DNA of 63,993 nucleotides, the filler included, from Circinaria calcarea (Eukaryota), in NCBI GenBank assembly GCA_051942165.1. It is 7 parts of 7 records of this genome, joined end to end, with 100 filler letters (N's around TTAATTAATTAA, not from the genome) between each part and the next. Parts side by side here need not be neighbours in the genome. Positions count along the whole stretch, not along the records: positions 18,605 to 27,798 come from JAVECS010000966.1; positions 27,899 to 37,090 come from JAVECS010000967.1; 5 more parts are not named here. One strand, given 5' to 3'. The translations under genes were made by a program, and so were the position numbers. Below the pieces are notes generated by a model that worked only from the letters and a program-made list of their open reading frames with translations, made no database searches and was not told the DNA's origin. Shown here piece after piece: positions 24,600-36,330 of the stretch; the stretch's first letter is position 1; every line of letters begins with the position of its first letter.

Positions 24600-26448
24600 A
24601 TGCTGTATATTCCTCTGGTTTCCTACTGGGCTGTTAGCATCTGGATGAACGTGGTTGCTGAATCTGTGGCAGCAAATCTTACTTTTCCAAATGGTACCTC
24701 TCTTCCGTCATCATCAAGGACATCTACCGCGACTTCTACTGCGACTTGTTCAAGTTTAGCATGTCAACTACATATCGGTTCTGTCGATGTTTTCTATTGG
24801 GCTGTTTCGTCAACCAATACCGACTGCCTGAAGAGTATAGCCACAGAGTATCTCGGCCGCCGTGAATATAATGCAAGAGAAACGCGGCCGGCCTCCACGC
24901 TTGGAAACACTCAAAATGGCAGTATACACACATATATCAACTCTGACGGGTTCACCTAGTACTATCATCATCTTTTTTAGTACTCCCATGGCTAATAAGT
25001 AAAGCAGTACTTCTCCATAAGCCTACGCCATGTTTTCGGCCGTTAGAGGTGTCGACAATTGCGGATCTACCGTTGCCGAGTACACTTCCCTCACGTTCTC
25101 TTTTGCCCCCGGAGAATTATCTACCAGCGAACCCGCACGAGGTCCAAAAGCGGCACCGTTTAACTTTGCAGACCTCCCGTGTCCTCCAGCGTCTGTAATA
25201 GCCGCAAACTGGTACTACTATAAACCCGGCATGCGATATCTTCCCAGATTTATTCCGCCCCCGCAAATTTACCAGTTACATCCTCACTTCAACAATTGTT
25301 TCGCATACCCGGGGAGTGTTTACGACCCTCAGTTTGCTCTTACGCCACAAATAGCATTAACCCCGTTCACCACTGCGGCGGGTGCACCTGGAGGTACGAG
25401 ATCGGTAGGTCCCGCTCCGGTACCATCAATTCCGAATGCAGCTCCCCTCCAAACGTCAACAAGCCCGAGCGGTATGAACACCATCCCAGGCGTAGCAACT
25501 AGCATTCCTACAAAGGGTGTTTCAGTCCTGGTTCCCGCACCCGAAAATTATTTAGAACCAGATCCGCATACTCAAGGTCCTCCGCCAGCTAGTCAACCAT
25601 CTCAAGGACATTCGAGTCAAGACCTATCAACTCAGACTCTTCCAGGCATAATATCCTCGACTGAAAATTTATTACTCCCAAGGCCAACACCTACAGAAGT
25701 CGATCATACTACAGCTCCAATTGCTATTGAGTTAAATCCTTCAGGACCGAATATCGATCCCCTGGAACGCCCTGCTCTCTCTTCCGACAATTTGGCCCCG
25801 CCTGTGATTATATATGGGACTGTCTTCTCGCTAAACCCCTCCATACCTATAACGGGCACTACCCTCGAACTACCACATGCTCCATCATCAGTCGCCATCA
25901 CCTTGTCCGGCCAAGTCTTTACCCATGATTCCCACCCCGCCTTGCTCGGTACCAGCACTTTCGATTCCGATACCGGACAAGCTGTCACCATCTCTGGCAT
26001 CCCCACACTCTCCCCATCACAAGCCGGCCTGGTTCTCGGTAGCACAGAGATTGACGTCAACGGTCAAGCCTTCACCGTAGCCCCGACAGGGTTTGCTGTC
26101 GATAGCATGACCCTCCTACCCGGAAGCCCGGCCATTACCATCTCTGGGACCATTGTCGCTTCGCTTGATGCGGAGGGGACGGACCTGGTAATTGGGACCC
26201 GCACGATTTCTCTACCCAAGACGACGGCGTCGGTTGGACTAGGCGGCTTGATCATAAGCGGGTTTCGGCCGATTGGAGAACCTAGCTCGTCTCCAATAGC
26301 AACCACGGCGAAAAGTAATACCACCACTAACGACGGAACGATTATGCCCTTTTCCGGCAACGGAGGGAGAAGAGCCGAAATCGGATAGGGGCAACTTAGA
26401 TTCTCGGTCGTGGGAATCATGCTCGCCTCGGGGATAGAGCTACCCTGA
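24600..26448 (+). pseudogene. Secreted Ser/Thr/Pro-rich, Cys-containing cell-wall-type (probably GPI) protein gene with in-frame stops
   Basis: Hydrophobic N-terminus. Intron 24959-25007 gives GFTYTSP*AYAMFSAVRGVDNCG (TAA at 25018-20). Motif PFNFADLPCPP and an S/T/P-rich region follow. A second stop TAG at 26386-88 precedes a hydrophobic tail (GQLRFSVVGIMLASGIELP*). Confidence 0.65.
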
Positions 26449-26980
26449 TGATAATACTCGAACCCAGGCTACATAAAAGACAATGACCTTCTTGTCGTAA
26501 ACGCCCCCCGGCACCCCCCTCCCCTTCTCCGCTGGGAGGGTTATCTCATTTTGCCATTCGTTGGAATGTGAAGGAAAAGCACTGAAATATTGCAGAACGT
26601 TCTGAAAAAAAGAGAAGAAAAATACGTATTCTGTGCAGAGCATTCCCGCAGGGTTTCTTCAAAACCCTTTATTTATATATTTACTATTTTTCGTATCAAG
26701 TTAGGCAAAGATAATAGGATTATAACTATCATGATAAATAACGAATACAAAAACCCATAGATAGTATCATTCGATAGATATAGCTTCAACCCAATTTCAA
26801 ATTTTTTCCTCTTTTTCCAAATACCATACTCGGGCACAAACGAAAATATAAGGATCCTTTATGAACAATATAATAATCTTACGAATAAGGGTCGGCAAAC
26901 TATGTAATAATATGCATAATAGGTTCGCGTAAGCGTATGAATTATTGCTAAAGAATTCTGGTGTAACGCTTTCGCGAGGA

Positions 26981-27160
26981 AAACCCTTCTCGCTAAGCTT
27001 TTACCCCGTGACCTCGGTGTATAGTTCACCCGTAGGGTTCGTAGGGGTTCTCGGGTAGAGCCCTTACAGAAAACCTTTCTCGCTAAGCCAATACCTCGTG
27101 ACCTCGGTATATAATTCATTTATAGAGTTCGTAGGGGTTCTCAGGTAGAGCCCTTATAGT
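26981..27160. repeat. Two tandem 90-bp units with a RIP-like mutation pattern
   Basis: 26981-27070 vs 27071-27160: 15 mismatches, of which 11 are C>T or G>A from unit 1 to unit 2. Confidence 0.9.
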
Positions 27161-27237
27161 GACCTAGTGACCGTAGGTAATTTTTATTAAAAATGGAAAG
27201 AAAAAGATAAAGGAAAAGGAAAAAATCTGTCATTTAG

Positions 27238-27428
27238 ATCTTTTCATTTTGATTCTTTCATCTTTTCATCTTTTCATCTTTTCATCTTTTCATCTTTTCA
27301 TCTTTTCATCTTTTCATCTTTTCATCTTTCATCTTTTCATCTTTTCATCTTTTCATCTTTTCATCTTTTCATCTTTTCATCTTTTCATCTTTTCATCTTT
27401 TCATCTTTTCATCTTTTCATCTCTTCAT
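27238..27428. repeat. Octamer tandem repeat (TCTTTTCA)n, about 20 or more copies
   Basis: Directly visible repeat. Confidence 0.97.
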
Positions 27429-27469
27429 TTAACATTGAAAACGAAAACGGAAACAGAAATAGAAAAGGG

Positions 27470-27785
27470 AAAAACAGTCCCGAGCCATACCACCATACCT
27501 CCTTGGTAAATTTTTGGTAGACTAAACAAACGTCTGTTCTGAAAAAAAAAATCCCAATCTATTTCCGAATCCATTTTCCGAGCCAGTCAGTCAGTCATTC
27601 GTACCGCCGAATCTATAAAAAAAAATTCCCCTGATAAGGAGATAGATATGAACAGTTGGGAGATGTTAATTATTTTTTTCTTCTTTCTTTCTCACCCGTG
27701 GATTACATCCTAGTGAAGTGTGGCTTTTGGGATGTTGGGGGGGAGGTTAGGAACTTCGGATATTGAAGGGCCCCCGGGGAGGGGG
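27470..27785. repeat. Degenerate direct repeat, copy B (partner at about 24000-24240)
   Basis: Same blocks as copy A, with poly-A/T insertions. Confidence 0.6.
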
Positions 27786-27798
27786 TGTTAGGAGAGGA

Positions 27799-27898
27799 NN
27801 NNNNNNNNNNNNNNNNNNNNNNNNNNNNNNNNNNNNNNNNNNTTAATTAATTAANNNNNNNNNNNNNNNNNNNNNNNNNNNNNNNNNNNNNNNNNNNN
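27799..27898. other. Artificial contig linker
   Basis: N44-TTAATTAATTAA-N44. Confidence 0.99.
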
Positions 27899-28815
27899 GT
27901 GTAGTTGGGGGAGCTTCCTCTTTTGTATTCATACCTCAACCTTTCAGGTAGCTCAATACTCTGACCACAAAGTTGAGTCAGCCACGTTCCAACGACACTC
28001 TCTGCGAGATTCCTTCGCTTGTCATTGAAATCAAAATAGTGATAAGCGATGGCTGTTGAATTCCCAGTGTCGCAAACAACTTTGATTGCATCAACAATCT
28101 TGGAGAACAGCACAGTTTTGCCACAGCCAGAGGTTCCATGTAGCCAGAGTACAGTACCGGAAGTTTTTATCCAGTGAGTATAGTGAGGACTTACAAGTAG
28201 CCAGTCTCCAGTATCTGGGGCCCGCGTCTTGCGTGCGGTAATGTGGTTCGTAGATTGTGGGGCGCCTAGCCAAGCCATGACCTCCCGGAACTCGGTATTC
28301 TGCTTTTGGTGCTCCAGTTTAGTGGTCAGTGTGTTGATACTTTACCGGATGTGCCCCAGGTCCCTTGTAGACTCGCGAATCACTATTGTATTCGCTGCGT
28401 TGTCCGCTAATAGCGCGAGCTGTAGAGTTTGTTTCACCCGTCCTATGAAATCTAAGCTCTTAATAGCATCACCTTCCCTCAACGGCCACATCAGCGCCTT
28501 GCTTGCAGCTCTCCATCCTTTCTCGGGCTCAAGCCTTTTTTTAAGTGATTCAAGCTCCACGAGGCATTGAGTGAGTGGTCCGTCTGGGCCTGTTTGCTTC
28601 TCCAGCGTAGGAAGCCCTTGAGACTGTGGATCCTCAATCACAAGCTGATGAAGACGCTCGACAATACTACGGAAACTTGTAACCTCATTTTGGACACGAA
28701 GAAGATCTCGTGGAGCGTTCTTCACGGCTCCACGGTAACGATAGCAGATTGTAATAATCTTGGAGCTGATGTCGATGATGGTGATAAAGCTGGCCACGAT
28801 GCTTAAGGGATCCAT
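27899..28815 (-). pseudogene. Fungal NLR-like STAND gene (HeLo-like/SesA-type N-terminal domain + NACHT), in-frame TAA at 28342-28344, 3' truncated by the contig end
   Basis: MDPLSIVAS..VKNAPRD..EV..CLVELESLKKRL..ALMWPLRE; the same frame continues HIR*SINTL..REVMAWLGAP..TGDWLL..WLHGTSGCGKTVL (Walker A)..AYHYFDFND. Confidence 0.8.
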
Positions 28816-31422
28816 TGCTGTGCGTCAATCTATTGCACGCTGTTTTTCTGTACTATGAATCGGAGTTAGCTCTAAACACCACGCAAAGACAAAAATTACC
28901 AAAAGGGAATATTGGTGTTAGGCGTGCATAAGGTGCCATGGAAAGGGTAGTTACTAAAGACTCTAGGACAAGCCAGCCCCTCAATCCTAGTTGTATGCAG
29001 GCAGAGTCCGGTATAATGTACCTAGTCAGCCGAAGCAGTACTTGAGGGACTGTAAAACTGTTAAATTGAAGAGATGATTATATCTTTACTAAATAGGAAG
29101 TAAAAAAGTAGTGCTGGAGGACGCATCAACGCCGTGCGGCTGAGGTCAAGCTAGCAAAAGGCTTGGCATAAAATATCGCTGGTAGTATGATGATAGGCGC
29201 CTTTTCAAAAAAATTTGTTTAATTCCGCAAGGGTTAGGCGAAGGCGCTGGCTAGGATTTCATTTCCCTCATAAACCTTCTCATAGGTGATTATGAACGTA
29301 GATTTACTCGTAGCGATATAGCTGTTATGGCGCCAGCACCATAGCATGTGCTAAGCCCGGGAGGGGCTAGTGCCGGAGCATAGTAACCCCGGGACCGTGC
29401 TCAGTGGTAATGAGCATAGGTGAGCAACATGAGCAGGCGCATTATATAAAACAGGCTATTACCGCTCTTTAGAATAGCATGCTTATGGAACCATAACAAG
29501 TTCAATATACTCCTTTTATATTGAGCCTAGGGCAACAGTTCAACTACACCCTATGTAACCGTGCTATTACCAATCGGGACTTATCATATTCCTCAATAGG
29601 CCCTAAGGATTGCAGCGCCCTTACAATAGCCCCTCACGTAAAAGCGTTGTTGACCTTAAGATTTACGCTTAAAAACTCTACATAAATCTCTGATCCAGGC
29701 CCGGAATCAGCCTTTCTATAATCGAGTCATTTATATAATGCCGCCAGCCACTCACGAACCAAACGCGTTATTAATGATGTAATTAAAACCCACTCCTTCT
29801 CACTAACGACCATATAAAGGGCTTTCTAGTGTTCCATTATGGTATAAGAAAAACCGGCCAACGAAATCCGCTAGACCAGAAAGGGGCAGCGATTAAAAAC
29901 ACACATTCAACAAAAAGTTAATCCACTTCAAGGCCGTATGGTAGAACTTATTAGATCCTCTCAGCTATCAAGAGGTGCTTTGAAAAACTAAATACGCATA
30001 CACCGAACCACCGAGGATCCCAACGAGTATACCTCATCATATACCTTCCTACCTCTACATCAAGGGAGAAACAATCAGAGAGGACCCAGCTATATAGCAC
30101 CGCGCTCTCTAAAATATGCATGAGGAATCTTCTCTGAGAATTAGTGGCGGCTATTTCTTATCTGCAGTCCACTGACTTCTACCAATCAGCTTTATAAATC
30201 CCCGAGAGGGTTCCCACCGAAGCAAACCCTCCCGCCCATGCCTACGGCACTCAGTGTCAAGCTCTCCTTCTAGCCCGGTCGGGAGCGATGAAAGAGGGGT
30301 AGGATGGGACTAGGAAGAAGCGCACTGGGAAGAGCTTAGCCGTTTAGGCTTTCACGGACTAAATTTAGAGCTATGAGCTTTGCTTGGATCATCTTCTCCA
30401 GACGATCAATTATGTATTTCCAAGTCTAATCTGCTATGTCGTATACCCCAAGTAACATCTCCACTCTACCTAACCATTCCCTTTCGACATGGCTGCTTCC
30501 TATCTCATACGCAGGACCCGTCTATGTGATAATTTACCAAGCCGATAGCTAGCCAGCTAATAAAAACAGCTGAAAGCCGTAGGTATTTTCGTCGTAAGGA
30601 TTTGTAGCTCAAGAAAGCCCATAAGATAGAGCCTCCTAACGAAAGTCATTTCCTTTTTGTGGAGATCATCATCCGCTTTTTCAGCGAGTTCGACTATCAT
30701 GATAGAAGAGCCTTGTGACTGGCATGAGCAGTAATCCATGTGTCATTCACAGTTGATGAGCCGAATGAATATGGTAGGAAGTGACGCGACTATAGTAGCT
30801 CCTCTGTGATCATTAGGTATGGCGAATTTATTACAGCCATGGTGATTCTCGCGGTACACGTCTCTTAGCGAATCCAAGGCAGGTATATATGACCGCCAAC
30901 CAAAGCCCGGAAGATGAAGATGAAGCGCAAAAGCCATGGAGGTTGGTATGGCGAGATTTTGCAGACCCGAAGAATCAACACCTCTTGAAGTGGCGGCACT
31001 GTAGAACCTAAGCTCTATATCCTCGGTCATTACAGGAAGCGTGTGCGGTAATGAATGTGTGTTGACTAAGTGTTGAATATGTCCATGGCGCTGTTGGGTA
31101 GATTCACTGCTTCTTCTTGTTCTTCGCATCTTCGCCTTCGCTCCGCTACTTATCCTCGTCATCAAGATCTTCCTCCTCCATTGACAAGGCTTTAGTCCAG
31201 TAGCCATTTGTCAGATACATCCTGTCTTATTTCGTATGCATCAGCTGGTCCCTTGTATATTCAAAGCTTCTTGCCCTGTCCGAGTTCTGGGACCTCTGGT
31301 AAGTTTGGTGCCCTCACAAGGTACAACACTACCATAAGCTCACTATCTCAATACTAGTAGTTAACAGATCATCAGAGTCTTCCTTCGATCATATCTTCCA
31401 AGCACCAAAAGGACCTGTCAAT

Positions 31423-32277
31423 ATGTCAACTACTATGGAATCAGCGCCGGCTGCGTGGAGAATGACCCAAGACGTGACGAACTCTGTTGCAGAAGAACTC
31501 CATCACTTTGCAACAGGCATCGAATTTGACAGCTCCATCCTCCGAGTCATGTTCATAAAGGTCAGGCACGAACTGGCTTGCAACTGGGGCTGTGTCGAAT
31601 TAGCCTACGATACCGTGTACAAGCGCATTCTCGCCCTAGGCTCCTTTGGTGAAATCCTAAACGGGGGGATACATGAAAGGCATATGGTGCCCCAGACGTG
31701 GCGTGGAGCTGCTATGGCAGAAAGTGTCAGGGCCACTGGTATCCTTACCGATCCTCTTCTAGACATGATGGAGAGGGATATTGGGATGTGGACTGTCAAT
31801 TTCCCTTCAAGACACCCGTTCCAAGTCTTGGCCAATCAAACCTTCCGAGTCATCTTCTATGAAGCCACTAGAATATTCCAGGTGTCGGAAAACACGGCCT
31901 TGTCGAGTGACAACGTTCAGGTGACAGATGATCATACCGCAGAGTTGAGGAAAGAGAATGAGCGGCTAAAACAGGAGAACCGAGACCTGAGGAAGGAAAA
32001 CCAGGACTTTAAGGGGGAGGTCAAGAGCATAAAGAAGGAAGCAGAGGCTACAATCTGCGACTTGAATCAATCCTATGACAACAGTTGGGAGAGGCTGATG
32101 GACGATATGAATATTGAACGTGGAAATTGGAGGCGAGAAAAATGGCAGCTAGAGGATGAGAAAGAAAATCTCCAGGCCGGGGTTCGTGACCTAGAAGGCC
32201 GGCTTCGGGTCATGACAGACAAGTACCGGCGGGAGTGGTTTCTCAGGTACGCTGATGGTGGAACGTACTGGAGTTAG
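31423..32277 (+). CDS. Orphan coiled-coil protein, paralog A (novel N-domain + coiled coil + aromatic tail)
   Basis: Intact 284-aa ORF; homologous by eye to the genes at 32891 and 34552. Confidence 0.8.
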   Translation: MSTTMESAPAAWRMTQDVTNSVAEELHHFATGIEFDSSILRVMFIKVRHELACNWGCVELAYDTVYKRILALGSFGEILNGGIHERHMVPQTWRGAAMAESVRATGILTDPLLDMMERDIGMWTVNFPSRHPFQVLANQTFRVIFYEATRIFQVSENTALSSDNVQVTDDHTAELRKENERLKQENRDLRKENQDFKGEVKSIKKEAEATICDLNQSYDNSWERLMDDMNIERGNWRREKWQLEDEKENLQAGVRDLEGRLRVMTDKYRREWFLRYADGGTYWS

Positions 32278-32890
32278 CATAGGATATAAGAACCCGGTAC
32301 AGTGTCATCAAGGTCCTAATAGGTGTCGTTTCCTTGGTAGTAGTCGATATATAACCGGCAATGACTGCCATGGCGGTACAGGAGAAACAGTGGTATATAT
32401 GACTTTTCCGAGTCTCGAAATACCTTCCTTGAACTATTATGTAGTAGTTATTTCGTGAGACTGTAGCACGCCAAGTTGAAAGTCGTGACATATAGATGCT
32501 GACTGATACTCGGCCAATCGTGGGTTCGACTGACGATGGTGGAAGTCCAAATGTAAACGTAAATACACTTGATCGTACCCGAGGCTCAGCAGTCTTTATC
32601 AGAATATCCCTAGTTCTTTCGAAGGTATATATTTGCAGACATATCGCGTTGGGTTTCTTCCTCAACGCACTCTCAACACAGCTGCTCCCACAGTTCCCAG
32701 CCTAAGTGTTGGAGGAGAATCACTAACAAGTTAACCACAGTAAACAGATCTCGCAAACTTTTCTTCCTCTCGCAGCCACAAACATCGTCCACCAATAGCC
32801 AGTTTTGAGCTGGATAATTGTCTAACTGCCACTCCTCCTTCATCACAGCATATCTCTTTAGCTCCCATTCAACTAGTCTCCTGTACCAAA

Positions 32891-33843
32891 ATGGCATCAA
32901 AGTGGACGAAGTCATCCTTGTTCAAGAGCGTCTCCTTACCAAAAATCTTCAAGATGGGCGAGCGTTCGACACCTCAAGCAGAAGGTACTATCCTTGTGAG
33001 AACCCAAAAGCCTAGAAAGACAGAACTGACTCCAAATTAGAGCCTAAAGATACGCTTGCAGACCAACTTGAAGCTGCAAACACATTGCTCTCAAAGCGTT
33101 CGTCGGAGATCGCCGCGTTAAGACGCCAGGTAGTCCGCGAGAAAGCAAACAAAGCTATTATCGCACAAGAACTCTATGCCGCAATGAAGGAGTCTAATGC
33201 CCGGTCAAAAGCGGTAGATAAGATGGCAGAGGACATTGAAGTCTTGCAAGAGCAACTCGAGACCAAGGCCAATAAAGAGGCATCCCGGGCCAGGTCGTTC
33301 GAAGTCCTTAAATCCGAAGTATCGGGTTGGGAAAAGATCTTGGTAGACGATTGCGATGCCTTGAAGCAAGAAAACAACCGTGTTGAGGCAAAATACCAAG
33401 AGGCATTGCTTCAAAATGGCCAGCTACATGAGCAGATCCAAAGTCTTAAAGACGAGATATCGGACTGGGAAACCACCGATGCTCAACTCGAGGCAGACCG
33501 CGATGCTCTAAAAGCTGAGGGTATCAAGACGGCCTTGAAGTACGGACATGCAAGGCTCGAGAATTCCAATTTACGCAAGACCCTGGTGGAGGTGGTGAAC
33601 AAGGCGAACGACACACTGGATATCATGGTACACAGGCTGAAGACGTCGAATACCAGGAATGCAGAAGTGAGGGAAATATTAGGCGAACAAATCCGTGGAC
33701 TAGTGATCGAGAAGGAGGAGCTCGAGGACACCATCAGTGGCCTTGACCATAGGCTTCGGATCGCCACTGCGCATTGGTATCAGGAGAGATATAGGCGGTA
33801 TATCGATGGGGACTACCGATTTGATGGGAACTATTGGAGGTAG
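32891..33843 (+). CDS. Orphan coiled-coil protein, paralog B; intron 32985-33040
   Basis: ATG exon MASKWTKSS..QAE; GTACTA..ACTGAC..TAG intron in the correct phase; long heptad-rich region; tail RLRIATAHWYQERYRRYIDGDYRFDGNYWR*. Confidence 0.75.
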
Positions 33844-34551
33844 AATCGATGCTGCCAAATGGAGGAGGCGAAGCCGTTTTCCTGAGAGTTTATTAAAGAG
33901 GTGATGGCCTTCTCCGGTAGATTCGAGCGATAGTAGGCGCTGGGAAGTTTCTGGCTACCTTGTGATCCCGGGGGGCTAATTCTGGAACTATGCTTTAGTG
34001 GTAGAAGTCTGTATGAGAGCCGAGTAGGAAGACTGGCATTTAGAATGTAGTCGGCTGGTGTTTATATCTGTCCCTTGAGTGTTCATACCGTGCATAGGCT
34101 ATGGTTTCGGATTGACCATCTCAAGCTGCGAATTTGACTCCGGGTTACCTGCCCTGTCTGTATTATGTTTAGCGTAGACTCATCCTACCTCGCTCCGTTG
34201 TGTGTCACATAAAGAAACTCCTGTTAACTCTAAAGTTAACACACTCAAGGCGGCGCATCATTATATGAACGTATTGCAGATGGTGACATAAACTCAAAAC
34301 TTACCAGAGTGTTGATATCAGTGTCGGTTAGATCATTAATTGCGGCTCGTATCTCCTCTGTTCTGAACAGCTGAATCTTTTCAACCAACCACAACACCAT
34401 TCTTCCATCCTCAGAAATCACACACAATCGATAAGATCATTGTCACCAAGGAGCTTCCATCCAATTCATCAAGCGTCATCGATTTCGATCCTCAGGCCTG
34501 TGGACTTTGCTGCTTAGCTTATGTGGTCGCCAAAGTACCTCGTTTCTCGCA

Positions 34552-35681
34552 ATGTCAGTTTTCACAGGAGCTTCGGAGGCCTTGGCGGTGAGAGAAATAT
34601 GTCAATACCACTACCTAGCAGCCGGCTAACAGATATATAGGCGAGTAGTATTCAGCCCAGCCAGCGCCAGTTAGCTTTGGCAGGAAATGTTCCCAATAGT
34701 CCTCAACCATCTCCCAGTCCACCCGCTGCTTGGAGCAAGACCCATGCCATTATAATCTCTACGTACGGGACGGAGAAGCTACAGCAGCTCAGAGCGGGTC
34801 GCATCGACGCATCTATCCTGCAAATCGTCTTCGTCAAGCTTCGCCAAATGCTCCTACAGAAATGGCTCGATGTCCCTCTCGCCTACCATTCCATTTACAA
34901 GCGCCTGAAGATGCTTTCACTGATTTTATGGTTCTCCAATGGTTGCAAATTAGCCAGTGTTGCTCAGCAGCCGTGGCTGATCTGGCATGACGATGTTGCG
35001 ATCCGGATTGAAGCAACCGGTGAAATCACGAATCAGATGCTAGATCGAATGGAGAGCGACCTCAAGCTTTGGCTCATAGCTGCCCAGAATAAGACGCTCC
35101 AGTGCTTCCATTCCAAGGATTACCCAGCTCTCATCAGTGGATGTTTGAGAGGGATCCTCATTCATGAATCGGAGACATATCCGATGGGTAAGAAGGTCAA
35201 TGAGCATGTCAAAGATAGAAACAAGCTTCTGCTTGTTAACGACAGACTATCCAAGCTCAACGTCTCACTCGAAGAGAAGAATCGCAAACTCGGCGAGGAA
35301 AACACCGAACTCAAAGCCAAGAATGACAAGCTCGAAACCCAGAATAACAGGGTTGAGCTGAAAGTTGTATTCCTCGACATTGACCTTGAAGGGAAGAACC
35401 AACAAGTAGCAGATTTAAAGAAGGAGAAGGCCGCCATACAACAAGATAAGCTACGGAGAATCGAGGAGTTGGAAGAAGATTTTCAGCAGTTACAGGCAAA
35501 CGTTCAAGGCTTGCAGACAGCAGTTCAACACCTGCGAGCAGAAAATCAGAATCTAGAAACAGATAACGAGGATCTGGCGAGTAGGATGCGAGATTTGGAG
35601 CTCCAGCTCCGGACTTCTGAATTGGAGTTACGCCGGGAAAGATATCTGAGGGGCACGGGCAGTGATTACATGTGGACTTAG
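34552..35681 (+). CDS. Orphan coiled-coil protein, paralog C; intron 34588-34640
   Basis: Exon 1 MSVFTGASEALA, GTGAGA..GCTAAC..TAG intron, then the long ORF; shares the N-domain with paralog A and the tail with A and B. Confidence 0.8.
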
Positions 35682-36330
35682 CCTGGGTACCTGTCTAGAT
35701 ATACAACAAGTCAATGCTCATCTCCGGTGCTTGTGTCATCTCCTGTCCTCCTCACTTCATGCATCCATGGTGATTGCTGAGTTGCAGATCGGTGAACGCT
35801 GAACGGAGAAGCGGCCTGAATATGCCTCCGTTACATAGTCACTTTCCCCTCTTGTTCAATTCGAGATCCATTGGCCCATGATCAGGCTTCCATGTTCAAT
35901 TGGAAAGTAACCCCAGTCTAAGAGATCCCGGGTGGCTGATGTCCCATGGATGAATATCCACTGTTGAATTATTCGAACGCATTGGATCCTGCGTGTTCTT
36001 CATGTGTGTGATTGATAGGTTTTCGGAGTACATTAGGTACAACGTTGACAGGACTACAGCTGCAAACCTAGTTGAGATAAAAAGGTCGCCGTCAGGAATA
36101 ATTGATCAGGATGCGGCTCCCTCGGACGACATGTCGTTGGGGATCAAGCTAATCCTCGTCAGGTCTAGCTTGTTTGATTGTAACTCTTCAAGACAGCTAC
36201 GTTCAAGGCGGGATGGAAACATTATGCGCCAGAGAGGCCAGCTCATTTCGCCATCATCTCACGTTTCTGCCACTTTTAATTTTCACATCATCATCCCTTA
36301 ACACAGCCAAGCTTACGCCTTGAAGTCCCC

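Noticed and set aside
27238..27509. CRISPR-like array or the repetitive ORF MILSSFHLFIFSS..
   Set aside because: This is a simple octamer microsatellite without spacers, and the ORF is a by-product of it.
30557..31207. Minus-strand 154-aa and 60-aa ORFs as an intact gene
   Set aside because: No recognisable domain or consistent exon structure; possibly a decayed gene, so it was not called as a CDS.
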